Notes under the pieces: model-generated | Seen by the model: only the letters and a program-made list of their open reading frames with translations | Databases searched by the model: none | What the model was told of the DNA's origin: nothing | Position numbers and translations under genes: made by a program | From: Chrysomallon squamiferum | Taxonomy: Eukaryota > Animalia > Mollusca | Length of the DNA stretch: 64,000 nucleotides | Reading direction: 5' to 3' | Assembly (NCBI GenBank): GCA_012295275.1 | Contig: CM022675.1 | Coordinates: 2,852,001 to 2,916,000, forward strand | Part shown: in pieces, positions 50,801 to 62,210 of the stretch | Layout of the letters: each line of letters begins with the position of its first letter | How positions within the stretch are numbered: position 1 is the first letter of the stretch

Positions 50801-53800
50801 ATTGCAAAGAAAAGAACATAATGTAGCTTTCAGAATATAACTCCCACTTACAGATGTACATTACATAAAAAATAAAATACATTAAAAAAAAAAATTTAAA
50901 TTGTTTATCATCACAGGTGTTTAGCTATTCTTTTCAATAACCATTGTTCAGTAACACAGAAATTCTTTAATTATAAACTTTGAACATCCAGAAAGACATA
51001 GCTGCTAAAAGTACAGGTTTTCTTTCTATAAAAAGTAATTACTTTAAACATTTGAAATGAATTTTCATTCAAAATGTTTTATGAGTATGTCCTGTGCAGA
51101 TTGAATTCTTTCAGTAACCTGGTTTTTTATTCACAAACACATCAGTAGAAAGTTTTAAAGGAAAAGTCACTGACTGTCTGAATAGAAGTTAGAACAATGT
51201 GTTTTGCTTCTTCTCCTAGGAAAGCAAAAACCTGGATAGTGAAAATGATATGCGTAGTTTTGAAATGATTGACAACACAAATGAAGGTACTATGAGCATA
51301 TCATCAGTGAATCGACAAAATGTTACAATACCAGGAAACAGTAAGTAAACATTCCAGCACATAACATTTCTACTAGTAATGTCACATTTGTGAAAACAGT
51401 GTTTACTAATCTTAACCACCAAGAATATTAACTCACATTAAATTCCATAACTTGTTTTTTTTATCTCTGCATCAACAAAAACTAATTTTTCAGTTTTATT
51501 TTATATTTGTTATTTTCACAGTGTTGGGTAATATCCCAGTCAGATAATCAGGTTGATGTAAATAAACTTTCATAATTTCTTCTTCAAGCAATATCATTCA
51601 TTCAGAATGTGTCAGCATCCACTTCAACAACATCCAGTGTTGAGCCACTTGTCAAAGGCAAACATGTTGACGTGATGGTGTACAAAGGTAATATCACTCA
51701 GCTGTCAGTTGAGGCTATTGTAAATGCTGCTAATGGTCGTTTATCTCACAGAGCTGGAGTAGCAAGAGCAATAGCTGATGCAGCAGGAGAAGACTTGCTT
51801 AAAGAAGGAAACAAGTTTGTTAAAGAGCAAGGAAAAGTTGCTGTGACTGGTGTTGCTGTCACCACAGCTGGACGACTTCCCTATCACTGTGTACTTCATG
51901 CTGTAGGTCCTGCTTACTATGATTACAAGGACAAGTCAGAATGTTTGGAAGATCTCTGTAAAACAATACTGAGATGTCTGTGTGAGGCCAGCAAACAAAA
52001 TCTGAAATCTGTAGCAATTCCATCCATCAGTTCAGGTATTTAATTATTATAAATATTTTAGATAAATAAAATACTGCAGGCAGATATTACTTTGAAATAA
52101 ATTGAGTCTTTTATCTGAATTTCAGGTTAGCAACTTCACAGATATCTCACCCTTCATTGTTTGTAAAATTATAAAATATTAATTGAATCAGATATTTCTT
52201 GGATCAGTTGTCTATGAACTGGCACATAGCTTGCCTTGTAAAGTTGCCTGAAAATTGTTGATATTTTGTTTTCTAGGGTTTCAAAATTCTAATAATCATA
52301 GAAATGTCCAAATACATATTTGTTATGTTTTGTTATGTAATGTTATTTTATTTCAGGAATCTTTGGTGTTCCAAAGGAATCTTGTGCTGAGATGTATGTG
52401 AGAGCTGTCATGTCATTTAACTCAGTAGTTTCTGGAGGAAGTCTGAAAGAAGTTCACTTTGTTGACATTAGTGACAATATGCTGCAGTTAATCAGCAATG
52501 AGTTTATCTCAAAATGGGATACAAAACTGGATGAAAAAGTTCTTGAAAGAGATAAAAGATTTATTGACAAACATCTCTGTGCAAGTAAGTCTGTCTCAGC
52601 CAAACAGGTGAATGCTGCAGCAGCAGGAGACAAAAATCATTCAACAACATCAACAGATGAGTGTGACATTCAAGTCATTGTTTACCAAGAAGATATTTTT
52701 AAAGTTTATTGTGATGCAGTTGTCTGCTGGAAAGATCTCGGTTTTTCAAGAGAAGATCACGCAATAGCAAAAGCAATATATCAACAAGCTGATCATGATT
52801 ACAAAAAGTGGTTAATAGAAATTAAAAAGAAGATCCCTTACCAGGATCGTAATAAGACAGTTTTCACAGCTTATGCAAAGAAAGATTTACTGGTTATCCA
52901 TGGATTGATTGAAAAGTTAAATCCAAACATAACTGATTTCCAGGAACTTTTGACAAAAGTTATTGAAAAAGCAGATACAGACAGGATGCAATCAATTGCT
53001 ATTCCAGTTTTTCGATGTTTTAAAACAGGTACGTTAATGGGGTTTTTTCACTAAAAAATATATATTACATTATGTTACTTTTGACACTTGGAATTCTTTA
53101 ATAATTAGATACACAAATAGAAGCAAAGAGTTGTTTCCAGACAATGGAATATGTTTTCTCATTTAGGCATTAAGTCTGGCATAACAGTAAATGTGTTTTT
53201 AATTTCCATTACTGAAATAATTTTTGATTTAAGTTACATTTGTGTACTTTAGTGATATTTTCTTTGATGATAAATCATTTCCTTTTTCAGACAGTGTCAA
53301 GAAATTCACAGAAGTACTGTGCCAGAGTGTGAAAGATTTTACAGCAAACAAAGAACACTTTGCCTTGAAGCAGATACACGTTGTTGACACTGATGAGAAA
53401 GTTGTTGGTTTTGTGAACACACTTGTTGAAAACAGTGGAGTAAACAATCAAACTGATGTCTACAAGAATGAAAGCTCTCCGTCTCAGTACACACCATCGC
53501 AGCATTCTGAGCACGCTGATCAACATTGTCCAATTTGTCTGGATAAAATGTCAGATCCTCTGAAACTGGAGAAATGTGGCCACAGTTTTTGTAAAGATTG
53601 TATTGATACACAAATGAAATACAAACCTGTTTGTCCAAGCTGTGGAGTGTTGTATGGTGTTCTCACTGGTAACATGCCTACAGGAACAATGCATGTTGAT
53701 TATGATAAGAGTCGGGGACTTCCTGGATACAAAAAATGTGGATCTTATCGTATCACTTACTCGTTTCCAAGTGGACGGCAAACTGTAAGTATTGTAGAAT

Positions 53801-55954
53801 GTTTGTACAGCTATTTCGGTAAGATGTTTTTCTAAATATAGTTACAAACAGAGATGTCCATTTGCTTACATATACTAGGGTGACCTGCAATTAAGGATTT
53901 CTGGACCAAGTTTAATGTTTTCTTAAAATGTAAACTAAAAGTAATCAATGAAGCGATATTTAACAGATACAATTAATACACTTATAAAGCTAATTTTTTC
54001 TTATCTGGTGAAGATTTTCAAGCAACACTTTGTCCATGGGTGTACTCAACAACTGGTTTAAAAAAAATAATAATAATTAATGTGGGCACATTACTCACAC
54101 TGTAAAAATTAATTGTTTTTAATAATTCAAATAGCAGATTTAACAACATCGTTCTTCTCAAAAACTAAAACCTTTTATTAAGTCTCATAAGTAACCCAAC
54201 TTTCTGAAATATACGGAGAGAATTTTTTTTTTTTTTTTCTCATTATCAAATTGTTATTAATTTATTGTGTTGGCCTTTTAGACATGGACATTACAGAACA
54301 CTAGGGAAAATAATTATATAAATGTAGAGAGATCCAAAATGTTTATATATATTATTTTTATTAACACATATGGTTAATTCTTTTTAATAATAAAATTAAT
54401 TTTATAATTATTGAATTTTTTATTTAATAATTTGGGAGCCCCTGAGGCACAGGATGTGGGACAATTGCTTTTTTGCTTCATTTGCCCCCTGATAAATCTG
54501 TCCTGGTTTTCAATTTTACTTACTACTTTGAGAATGTTTTTACATTTGTAACAACACATTTGTAAATAAACTTGTTACTGACATGCTGAATATTCCTGCA
54601 CTGGATAAATAAAATTTTGATATACTACTACTAACAGTAATAAACATTGTTTATTGGAAATCTTGATGTTGTTCAACTGTTTTATATAAATTGTTTTTCA
54701 GAAAGAACATCCTGATCAAGGAAAGAGGTATCGTGGTATTACACGCACTGCATATTTACCAACACACCAAATGGTCGCAAAGTACTTGCCATGTTACGTG
54801 TTGCTTGGGAACGAAGACTGACATTTACTATTGGAAGATCAGTGACAACTGGATATGATGGAGTCATAACTTGGAATGACATTCATCATAAAACAAACGT
54901 GTTAGGAGGCCCAGACAAGTAGGTTCTCATATAATCCCTGAAAGATGTAGACCATCTTAGTAGTAAAGTTGTCAGGTTTGTAATAATACATCACCAGAAG
55001 CTTACTAAGTAAACCTTCCAGTCTGAATGTGTTTCTTTTCCTCATTAAAAATGTTACTTTTAACATTTCAGAAAACAGCTATTAAATTGAAGATAATAAT
55101 AGAATTAACTTGTTTTAGAAATAATTTAGCAAGATAAAGAGTGAATTGAAGTTGATATAATTAATTTGTTTTAGGATACTTTAATTAGATAAAGAATGAA
55201 CTGAAGCTAACGTGATAAACTTGTTTTAGAAATTATTTTCTTTGTGTTAATAGTGTCAGACAGAATAATTCTATGAAAGAGTATCTAAAAATTTAGATTT
55301 AGTTGTAAAGGTTTTGTTGTGAAGATTAATCAATATCTTATGTAGTGTTTATTTACATGTTACTGTGTGTTATAGTTTTGTTTTACATGTTTAGACAATG
55401 TGTTGTACAACACAATTTACATAGGGTAACTGTTTACCAGAAACACTGTTCAGTCATGACTGACTACTTCTCTTATTCATGCTTTTTGTTTCTTCACTCT
55501 GAAACTTTGAATAAGAATATCAATCTATCCTGTACATTCATAGTATATTCATCTTACAAGTGAAATGATTTTGTTTTTGTAATAGGAGGATATTATAATC
55601 TACAGAGTTTATATAATTGTTTGTGCATATGTGTATTTTATTGTTTATATACTTGTTGCTTCTTTAGTACTAAGAATTTCTAAGGCAACATTAATAAAGT
55701 TTAGATTAAAGGTTTATATCGTTTTCAGATTAACAGTGATTTGCTTTCAGTCATAAATTTTTATCATACATTATTTTAATTCTGTATTTTAATAAAATAT
55801 TAAAGTATTGTTTCTCTCTCTTTATAGATTTGGTTATCCAGATCCTGGCTATCTAGATCGTGTGGAAGAGGAACTGTCAGCCAAGGGAATCACTGAAGAA
55901 AGTATTAAAGATCCAAAGTACAAGAAACTCACTGGAACCTTTAAGCACATTTGA
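40245..55954 (+). CDS. Multi-macrodomain (PARP9/PARP14-like) plus RING plus Deltex C-terminal (DTC) E3 ubiquitin ligase, DTX3L-like; start codon uncertain; one 1-nt frameshift at ~54762
   Basis: Phase-consistent exons: ~40245-40346, 40638-41522, 41842-42276, 43558-43619, 44887-45129 (GC donor), 46617-46838, 47696-47756, 48201-48320, 48651-48707, 49083-49262, 49829-50050, 50462-50553, 51220-51340, 51589-52035, 52357-53028, 53291-53784, 54702-54918, 55828-55954. Macro motifs GDISKLK/CDVIVN, AIAFPVLGTG, AIVNAAN...HAVGP...SISSGIFG. RING CPIC...CGHSFCKDC...CPSC. DTC GNMPTG...RTAYLP...RRLTFTIGRSVTTG...TWNDIHHKT...FGYPDPGYLDRVEEEL. Confidence 0.88.
42915..43345. repeat. 75-bp intronic minisatellite, ~5 copies
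   Basis: Unit AGTTTGTGTGACCTGACAATTTTAAACTGTTTGTTAACTAAGTACTTCTTTCTGTTTAGTGTTAGCAATATTCAG. Confidence 0.95.
45209..46565. repeat. ~37-41-bp intronic minisatellite, ~35 copies
   Basis: Unit GTTAACATTACACTGATGTTTGTTATCTGT(GT)GTTTTA; no unique spacers. Confidence 0.97.
51589..52520 (+). CDS. Canonical MacroD-type macrodomain (two exons) of the fusion gene
   Basis: KGNITQLSVEAIVNAANGRLSHRAGVARAI...AGRLPYHCVLHAVGP...SVAIPSISSG|IFGVP...LKEVHFVD. Confidence 0.9.
53291..55954 (+). CDS. DTX3L: RING and Deltex C-terminal domain exons of the fusion gene
   Basis: C3HC4 RING followed by DTC motifs across exons 53291-53784, 54702-54918 and 55828-55954. Symbol denotes family resemblance, not proven orthology. 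Confidence 0.85.
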
Positions 55955-56181
55955 CCACAGACTAAAACATTCATATTTGTACTTGTTACATAAGATTTCT
56001 GTAATTTTTTTGATTATTTGATTGGTGTATTTTACTATTGAATATTTTAATTTTTTTTAGTGAATCTTTGGACCTTCAAAATTGTGTTGATATAATAATT
56101 AATTAACACTATCATCAATTACATATTTTAAATATTTTGAATTATAATAATTAGTGATGGTAATGGTTTGATTTTTATTTA

Positions 56182-56219
<38 letters not shown>

Positions 56220-57944
56220 TTCTTTCTGTTTTAATGTTTGCTTGTTTTAACCAGATTATTTATATTACTGAAATTGATATTGTGTTGTTCTGAAACTTAT
56301 ACTGAGACATTTCTCTCTCAGTGCCTTGTATTATGATTGCTTAACATTTTATTTTACATATTTCTTTTTCTTTCCTTTACTTTACAACTCACTGTTTTTT
56401 CTTAACTTTATGTTCTGACTTGTATTAATTAATGTTATATTAGGCAGATTATTTTGTTTCTTTATTTTGTAGTGTGAGGTCTTTTTTCTGAAAATGTTAA
56501 TGCTGGCAATTCACATTTATTGTAACACTGTTTTAATCTATATGCCAGACAATATGCCGATTATTTTAACCCTCACAAAATGTGTTTGTTTTTAACAAAT
56601 TAAAGAACATTTCAGGAAGATTACTGATTATGAATACTAAACATGTGACAAAATATTAGAGTGTCCTGTGTATTCATTTATAAAGTAAGAGGCAGACTGC
56701 ATCTGCTGATGATTTTTCATTTGAAAAACTCTAATTTTATAAAAGCAAGAGAAAATATTTTTAAACATTTTGCTTTGAAAAATTCAGTCATTTCAACATC
56801 ATATGAAATTTAGTGTTTGGATTGAATCAGTTTGCTTATTTCCTGATTATATCACTTTTATTTCTTTATTTTGATTGTTTCTTAAATGACATGAATAATT
56901 TCACCCTTTTTATTTAAAATGTACAGTGTCAGTTAAAAAAAAATTGTTTTTACAATTGCTAAAGATTATAGTAAATGTTTAATTCTAGTTTTGTGTTTTC
57001 TGAGAAAGATTTAATCTACCAACAGTGTTGTTAGTTTTCTCATTTTCAGATAAATCTGATGATGGTGAGGGGTTTTCAACATATTATTTACAAAATTTGA
57101 CTTTTTTATCATGTACTTTTAACTATGTTATGTATATTTATTGTAAAAAACATGGCAATTAATGTTAATATATTTAACAGCTTCTGTTACTGTATTATCT
57201 AATATAGTTAATAATATGTATTATTTATGTTTTATATATACACACAATGCATGTATTTGTTCTTATAATAATAATTAAAAAAATGATCTAAATAAATTAA
57301 AAATTTAAGAAAAAAGCAGACAAAGTGGACAAAATCAACAAATTACAAAAGTAAAACTGGTCAAAGTATTTTGTCTCTTAGAAATTGTCATCTGTCAGTA
57401 ATATCAAAATAAATAATTTACATGTATATAAGTTTCATTTCAATCAAGTAAAAAGGTGTTTAGAAATTTTAAAAGTGCACTGCTCAAAACAGAAATGTCA
57501 AGTGTTGTTTTATCTTCTTGACATGAGTTTTAATTCAAGTAGTGATAATTAAAGATTCAACTTGAAGATGTACTAATGTGACACATTTTTGATATTCCAC
57601 CTAATCACCTAAATACAGTTTCTTTACACTGTAATCAACATTTCCTCACTGATTTGATGCTGTGAGTCTCTGAAAACAAGAGTCCTGAGTTAGAACGTTA
57701 TTTGATCCTGTACCATCGTGTCACTGAATCAACTCTACAACAACAAATTAAGGGTAACTGCTGAATTTTATCTCTCACTGTTATTGTATATAGGTGATTA
57801 GTTCATGTTGATGTTTTCAAGAAAGCAGAATGATTTAAACAAGATATTCATATATTTAATGTTCAGTGTTGTTTTTTGGTTTTTTTTTAAATTAATCTTT
57901 TGTTATGTTGCATAGTATTTTAGTACACAAAGACACATACATTC

Positions 57945-57988
<44 letters not shown>

Positions 57989-60887
57989 TACACAGACATG
58001 CACACATGAAACATACATGTAAATATATATAAAACTGTTTTATCATTTATACATCTGTTAAGAGTTTATTATATTATACTATCTGTGTATATACAAAATT
58101 TGATTACACAGTCTTTAATATTTTTAAGTCATGGACAACAAATAATTTCAAAAAATAAGATCCAATGAAACTGTTTTAAATCCAAATCAATTTTATATAA
58201 AATATTTGAAATTCGGATGTTCTTAATTTATATATTTTTGTAGCTGTTTATTATTTAAATTGAATATTGATGAGAATTTTAATTTTTCTCTAAATGTAAC
58301 AGCAAACACAGTAATTTTATGCTTGTTATTTGCATACATGGTTATAACAATATTAAAGACATTGAAAAATTAATATTTATTAGTATCATCATTTATATTT
58401 AAGCAGAATGTTGTATTTAACATCTCTCTCTCGTTTTAAATCTTGTTTATGCATAATGATGAACTGAAAAAGGAAACCTGTTTCAGCCACTCCATATTTA
58501 CCTTTAATGACTGTAACAGATGTTTTATATAAACCTTGACATAAACAGAAAAACTCATATCACAACTTTTATAATTTGTTTAAGTTTTGAAACAAAGTAA
58601 TAAAACAAGACTTTTTCATTATTCTTGTTATTGCTATTAATGGGTGAAAAGCTAAAACATGAAAACTAAACTTTTTAGGATTAGTTTTGCTATGCACTTG
58701 ATTTTGACTAATGTAGAACAGACTATTTATTTACCATTTCAAATCAGAATGAGTTATGATGGGCAACAGTACCAGTACGTGCTTTACTGTTAAATGAAAG
58801 ATGTGTTATAAATGATCTTGTGCTGCCATTGGAGAAGTGAAATGGTTTCCTCTGTGTCAGCAACAACAAAAATACATAAAATCACAGAGTTTTGCTTCTT
58901 TTAAAGGTGTTATTTGCTTGGTGTGGTTTCATTTTTGTTGTTTTCTGTGTATGTCCTTTTTTTCTTTGTTTTTCTTCTAGCTTAACTAAACAAAAAAAAA
59001 CATTTATGTAATGGTTTAATACACTTTTTTTTGTTTGTTTGTTTTTAAATATTTAATTTTCTTTATTTTCCTTATTTTTATTTATTTGTTTATTTGTTTA
59101 TTTATTTTCTTTCTTTTTACTGATTTTCTTATAATATATTACTATTTGAGTTTATTATTTCTATACAATATTTATACACGAAAATATTCTGAAGAATATT
59201 TATTTATTTTTAATGCTTCTATACAATTTTGTTTTAATAGCTGTAACTGTTAAATGAAAGAGTACACAGTTACCATAATTATTTATGAAAATATATTTTA
59301 AAGAGGAGGCAGGATATTCTATACGGACTGGTTGGATTTGAAACAAAATTATTTCATGTTGATCAGAAATATTTGTTTATAAGATATGAAGACATTTGAA
59401 TTTAAAAATCTCTTTTAAACAATGCTTTGAGAAAAATTACAACCCAGTCATGCATAAACATTTTACAGTGCAGTCATTTTCTTAACATGTTTAGGAAATC
59501 TGTAGAAATTAAGATTGCAATATGTGTGTGGGTGTGTGTGCTACTTTGGCATGTGATCTACAACTTAAAGGGTGATCTACAGCAAAGAAATATATATATA
59601 TATATATATATATATAGAACATTTCTATAATATAAGAGGAAGATCTTAAAATCCTTAAAGATTAATGCATGATACACCTATAAGAACATCATATCCAGGG
59701 AAGCTTCATTTCTGAGTACATATTCGATTTTTTATTCATTCCGACGAATAGCCAGAATACTCCAATTTAAATCGTCTAAATTTCTAATAATTCAAAGAAC
59801 CTGGTCGGATTTGAAAACTGTATTTTGAAAAAGACGAGAGGCGTGAACCAAAGAACCTTCCAACCACACCCTGATTATTTCTGTTGGCTGCAGATGAGGA
59901 AGAATGCTGAAGATGTTTTTCTTGCGTTTCTAGCAGATGTTCGCTTAATGCATCGATATTCAAATAATAAGTATACTCTTTAGCCCTTGTTCCTATAAAT
60001 TATAAATATACAAGAAAAGAAAAATATATGCCGTGAAAAATAATAATTAAAATAAGTGCTTAGATAACACATCTAAGTAAAATGTGCAGGGTGTAGATCA
60101 CACGCCAAATAGCATTTTTAATTAAAGTGATCAATGTAATATCTGCTTTGAAAATTATAAAATGTTTAATTTTACCTGTATTTCATTACTTAGTAATAAA
60201 GCTAACATAGAAATTTGTGATTCACGTGTGTTTTTTGATTCACTGTTGCCGTTTGAATGTAACATGTAAACTATCTTGTAAAACTTGACTTAACTATTAA
60301 ACGTCCCATATTTTATTTTCCTACGTGTTATAATACAGCTTTAGTGATCACATACATATGACATGTAGCAGTGAATGAAATGTGCGGTACTTTTATATTT
60401 ATATCACATTAACACATTCCTTCTGCTTATTTCATTTATTTCTTGTCGGATCCACCACTTAAATTTTATCATCTACGAAAATAGAAATAAATCACATTTG
60501 GCTATTCTTAATCTTATTTTTTTCTGTCAATCTATATGTACACAATGTTCCTACATCTCGAAAATAATTTTTCGCATCAGTGACGTTGCCATCGTCCATA
60601 TTGTGAAATGAATTTCCGTTTAGAATGCAGTTCAATTTATTAATCAAAATGTGTTCTCGAAGGAAAGCTCCGGCTGCATAACGCTGTTCTAACATTGGGT
60701 TGAATACGTCAGTTATTGGAACCATGTCTGAACTGGCACAGTTTTCGTTCAATTTGTCAAAGTCATTCCACATACTTAGGCATTTCTTGTTGATGTGGCA
60801 ATCTTTCTTGACCGAGTCTAACTTGTCTGACAGTCTCGATGAAATGCCGCATGGTATCAGAAAATAGCTGCTTCAAATCGTCTAGAT

Positions 60888-61721
60888 CAGGGGAAGGCAA
60901 ACATTTTAAAACAGGGGCTGCATGGATTTTACAGGAAGAGCACGAGGGCCAGAATATGAAATGAGAACAAAATAGATTTCAAAACGTGTATTTTATGTAA
61001 ACAGTAAATTCACTTTTAACGAATGTTAGAAGAGTTAATGAGATTGTGTTGCAAACCACGAAGCTCAATTGATGAGGTGGACAAGAGAAGAACGTCATTT
61101 CAATGGCCGTCAGAGAGTTGCGAGCGGAGGTGATACTTTGTATGTTGCATGTTCGAGATCAGCTGTTCACAATAAAATGTACTTCTGAAGATAATTACAA
61201 TGCGCTGAACATGTTTAATAAATTGTGGAAATTTACCAGATGGAAGGAGACATCATGAAAGAAGGAAAGAGGAAAAGAAGTGCGCAACTTATCTTTTAAT
61301 TCATCATTGCATCATATCTACCAACTCCATCTGCAAGGAAGCTGTAGAATCTTCCACTGGGATTTCAAAAGGGTCACTGAACAATTTGAAATCTGCAGAT
61401 AGTGGTCGGATACCTCCAAAACGGGAGACAAATTCTTTCCGCAGTGAACTGATGACTGCAGCACAAGTCAATATCTGGAAATGAAAAAGTAGCAAGTCAA
61501 AGAAAATGCTGAAATTGACCATTAGACAACTGGGATTCCCACAAGCGTAGTTTAACTTCAAATGCTGTGAGTACATACATCTCTGGAACAAGAATGTCCT
61601 TACCTTGCAAACTGACATTGAGCATTTTGAGATGTGTGGTGAAAAGCAGCCATTTTGAGTCTACACGAGACAGCACTTCAGAAAAGTAGGTCACTACACG
61701 TACTAAAAAGTGCCATTTCAT
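60888..61721 (-). mobile_element. hAT-Charlie (GTF2IRD2/SPIN-like) DNA transposon remnant
   Basis: Terminus CAGGGGAAGGCAAAC directly after GTCTAGAT (60880-60887), which fits the Charlie NTCTAGAN target. Transposase fragments TTHLKMLNVSLQGKDILVPEMY...AFEVKLRLWESQL and LRKEFVSRF...LFSDPF...LQMELVDMMQ. Confidence 0.85.
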
Positions 61722-61742
61722 TGGGCATTTTTATTTATTTAT

Positions 61743-61782
<40 letters not shown>

Positions 61783-62210
61783 TTAATATAGGTGGAGCAT
61801 GGGTACATTGTTATTTTATAATTTTACTGAATATAAACATCAATGTATATATATTGTCTGTCGGTGTATCACACACTCAAACATACAGTTATAATACATT
61901 TTGATTCCTCTTCCATATTGTTAATTTATTATTAAGTACATCTGTTCTTAATACCTAGTTTACAGTTATTTTGCTTTTTAAGACAATATTACAATTTTAA
62001 TGAATTAAAATCACAGTATTTTTTCAATAAAGTTTGAAAAAAGGAGGAAAATGACCATAATTATAAGATCAAATATTGCTTTAACTCCATTATTTTTCAA
62101 GTTACCATCATAAATTTTATTGTAAGTTTTCTCCATTCTCTATCCAATTCTGCAGAAATAATTTATCTCAGAGACATTTATTCTATTTTTTATTTCTTTT
62201 GTCACATACT

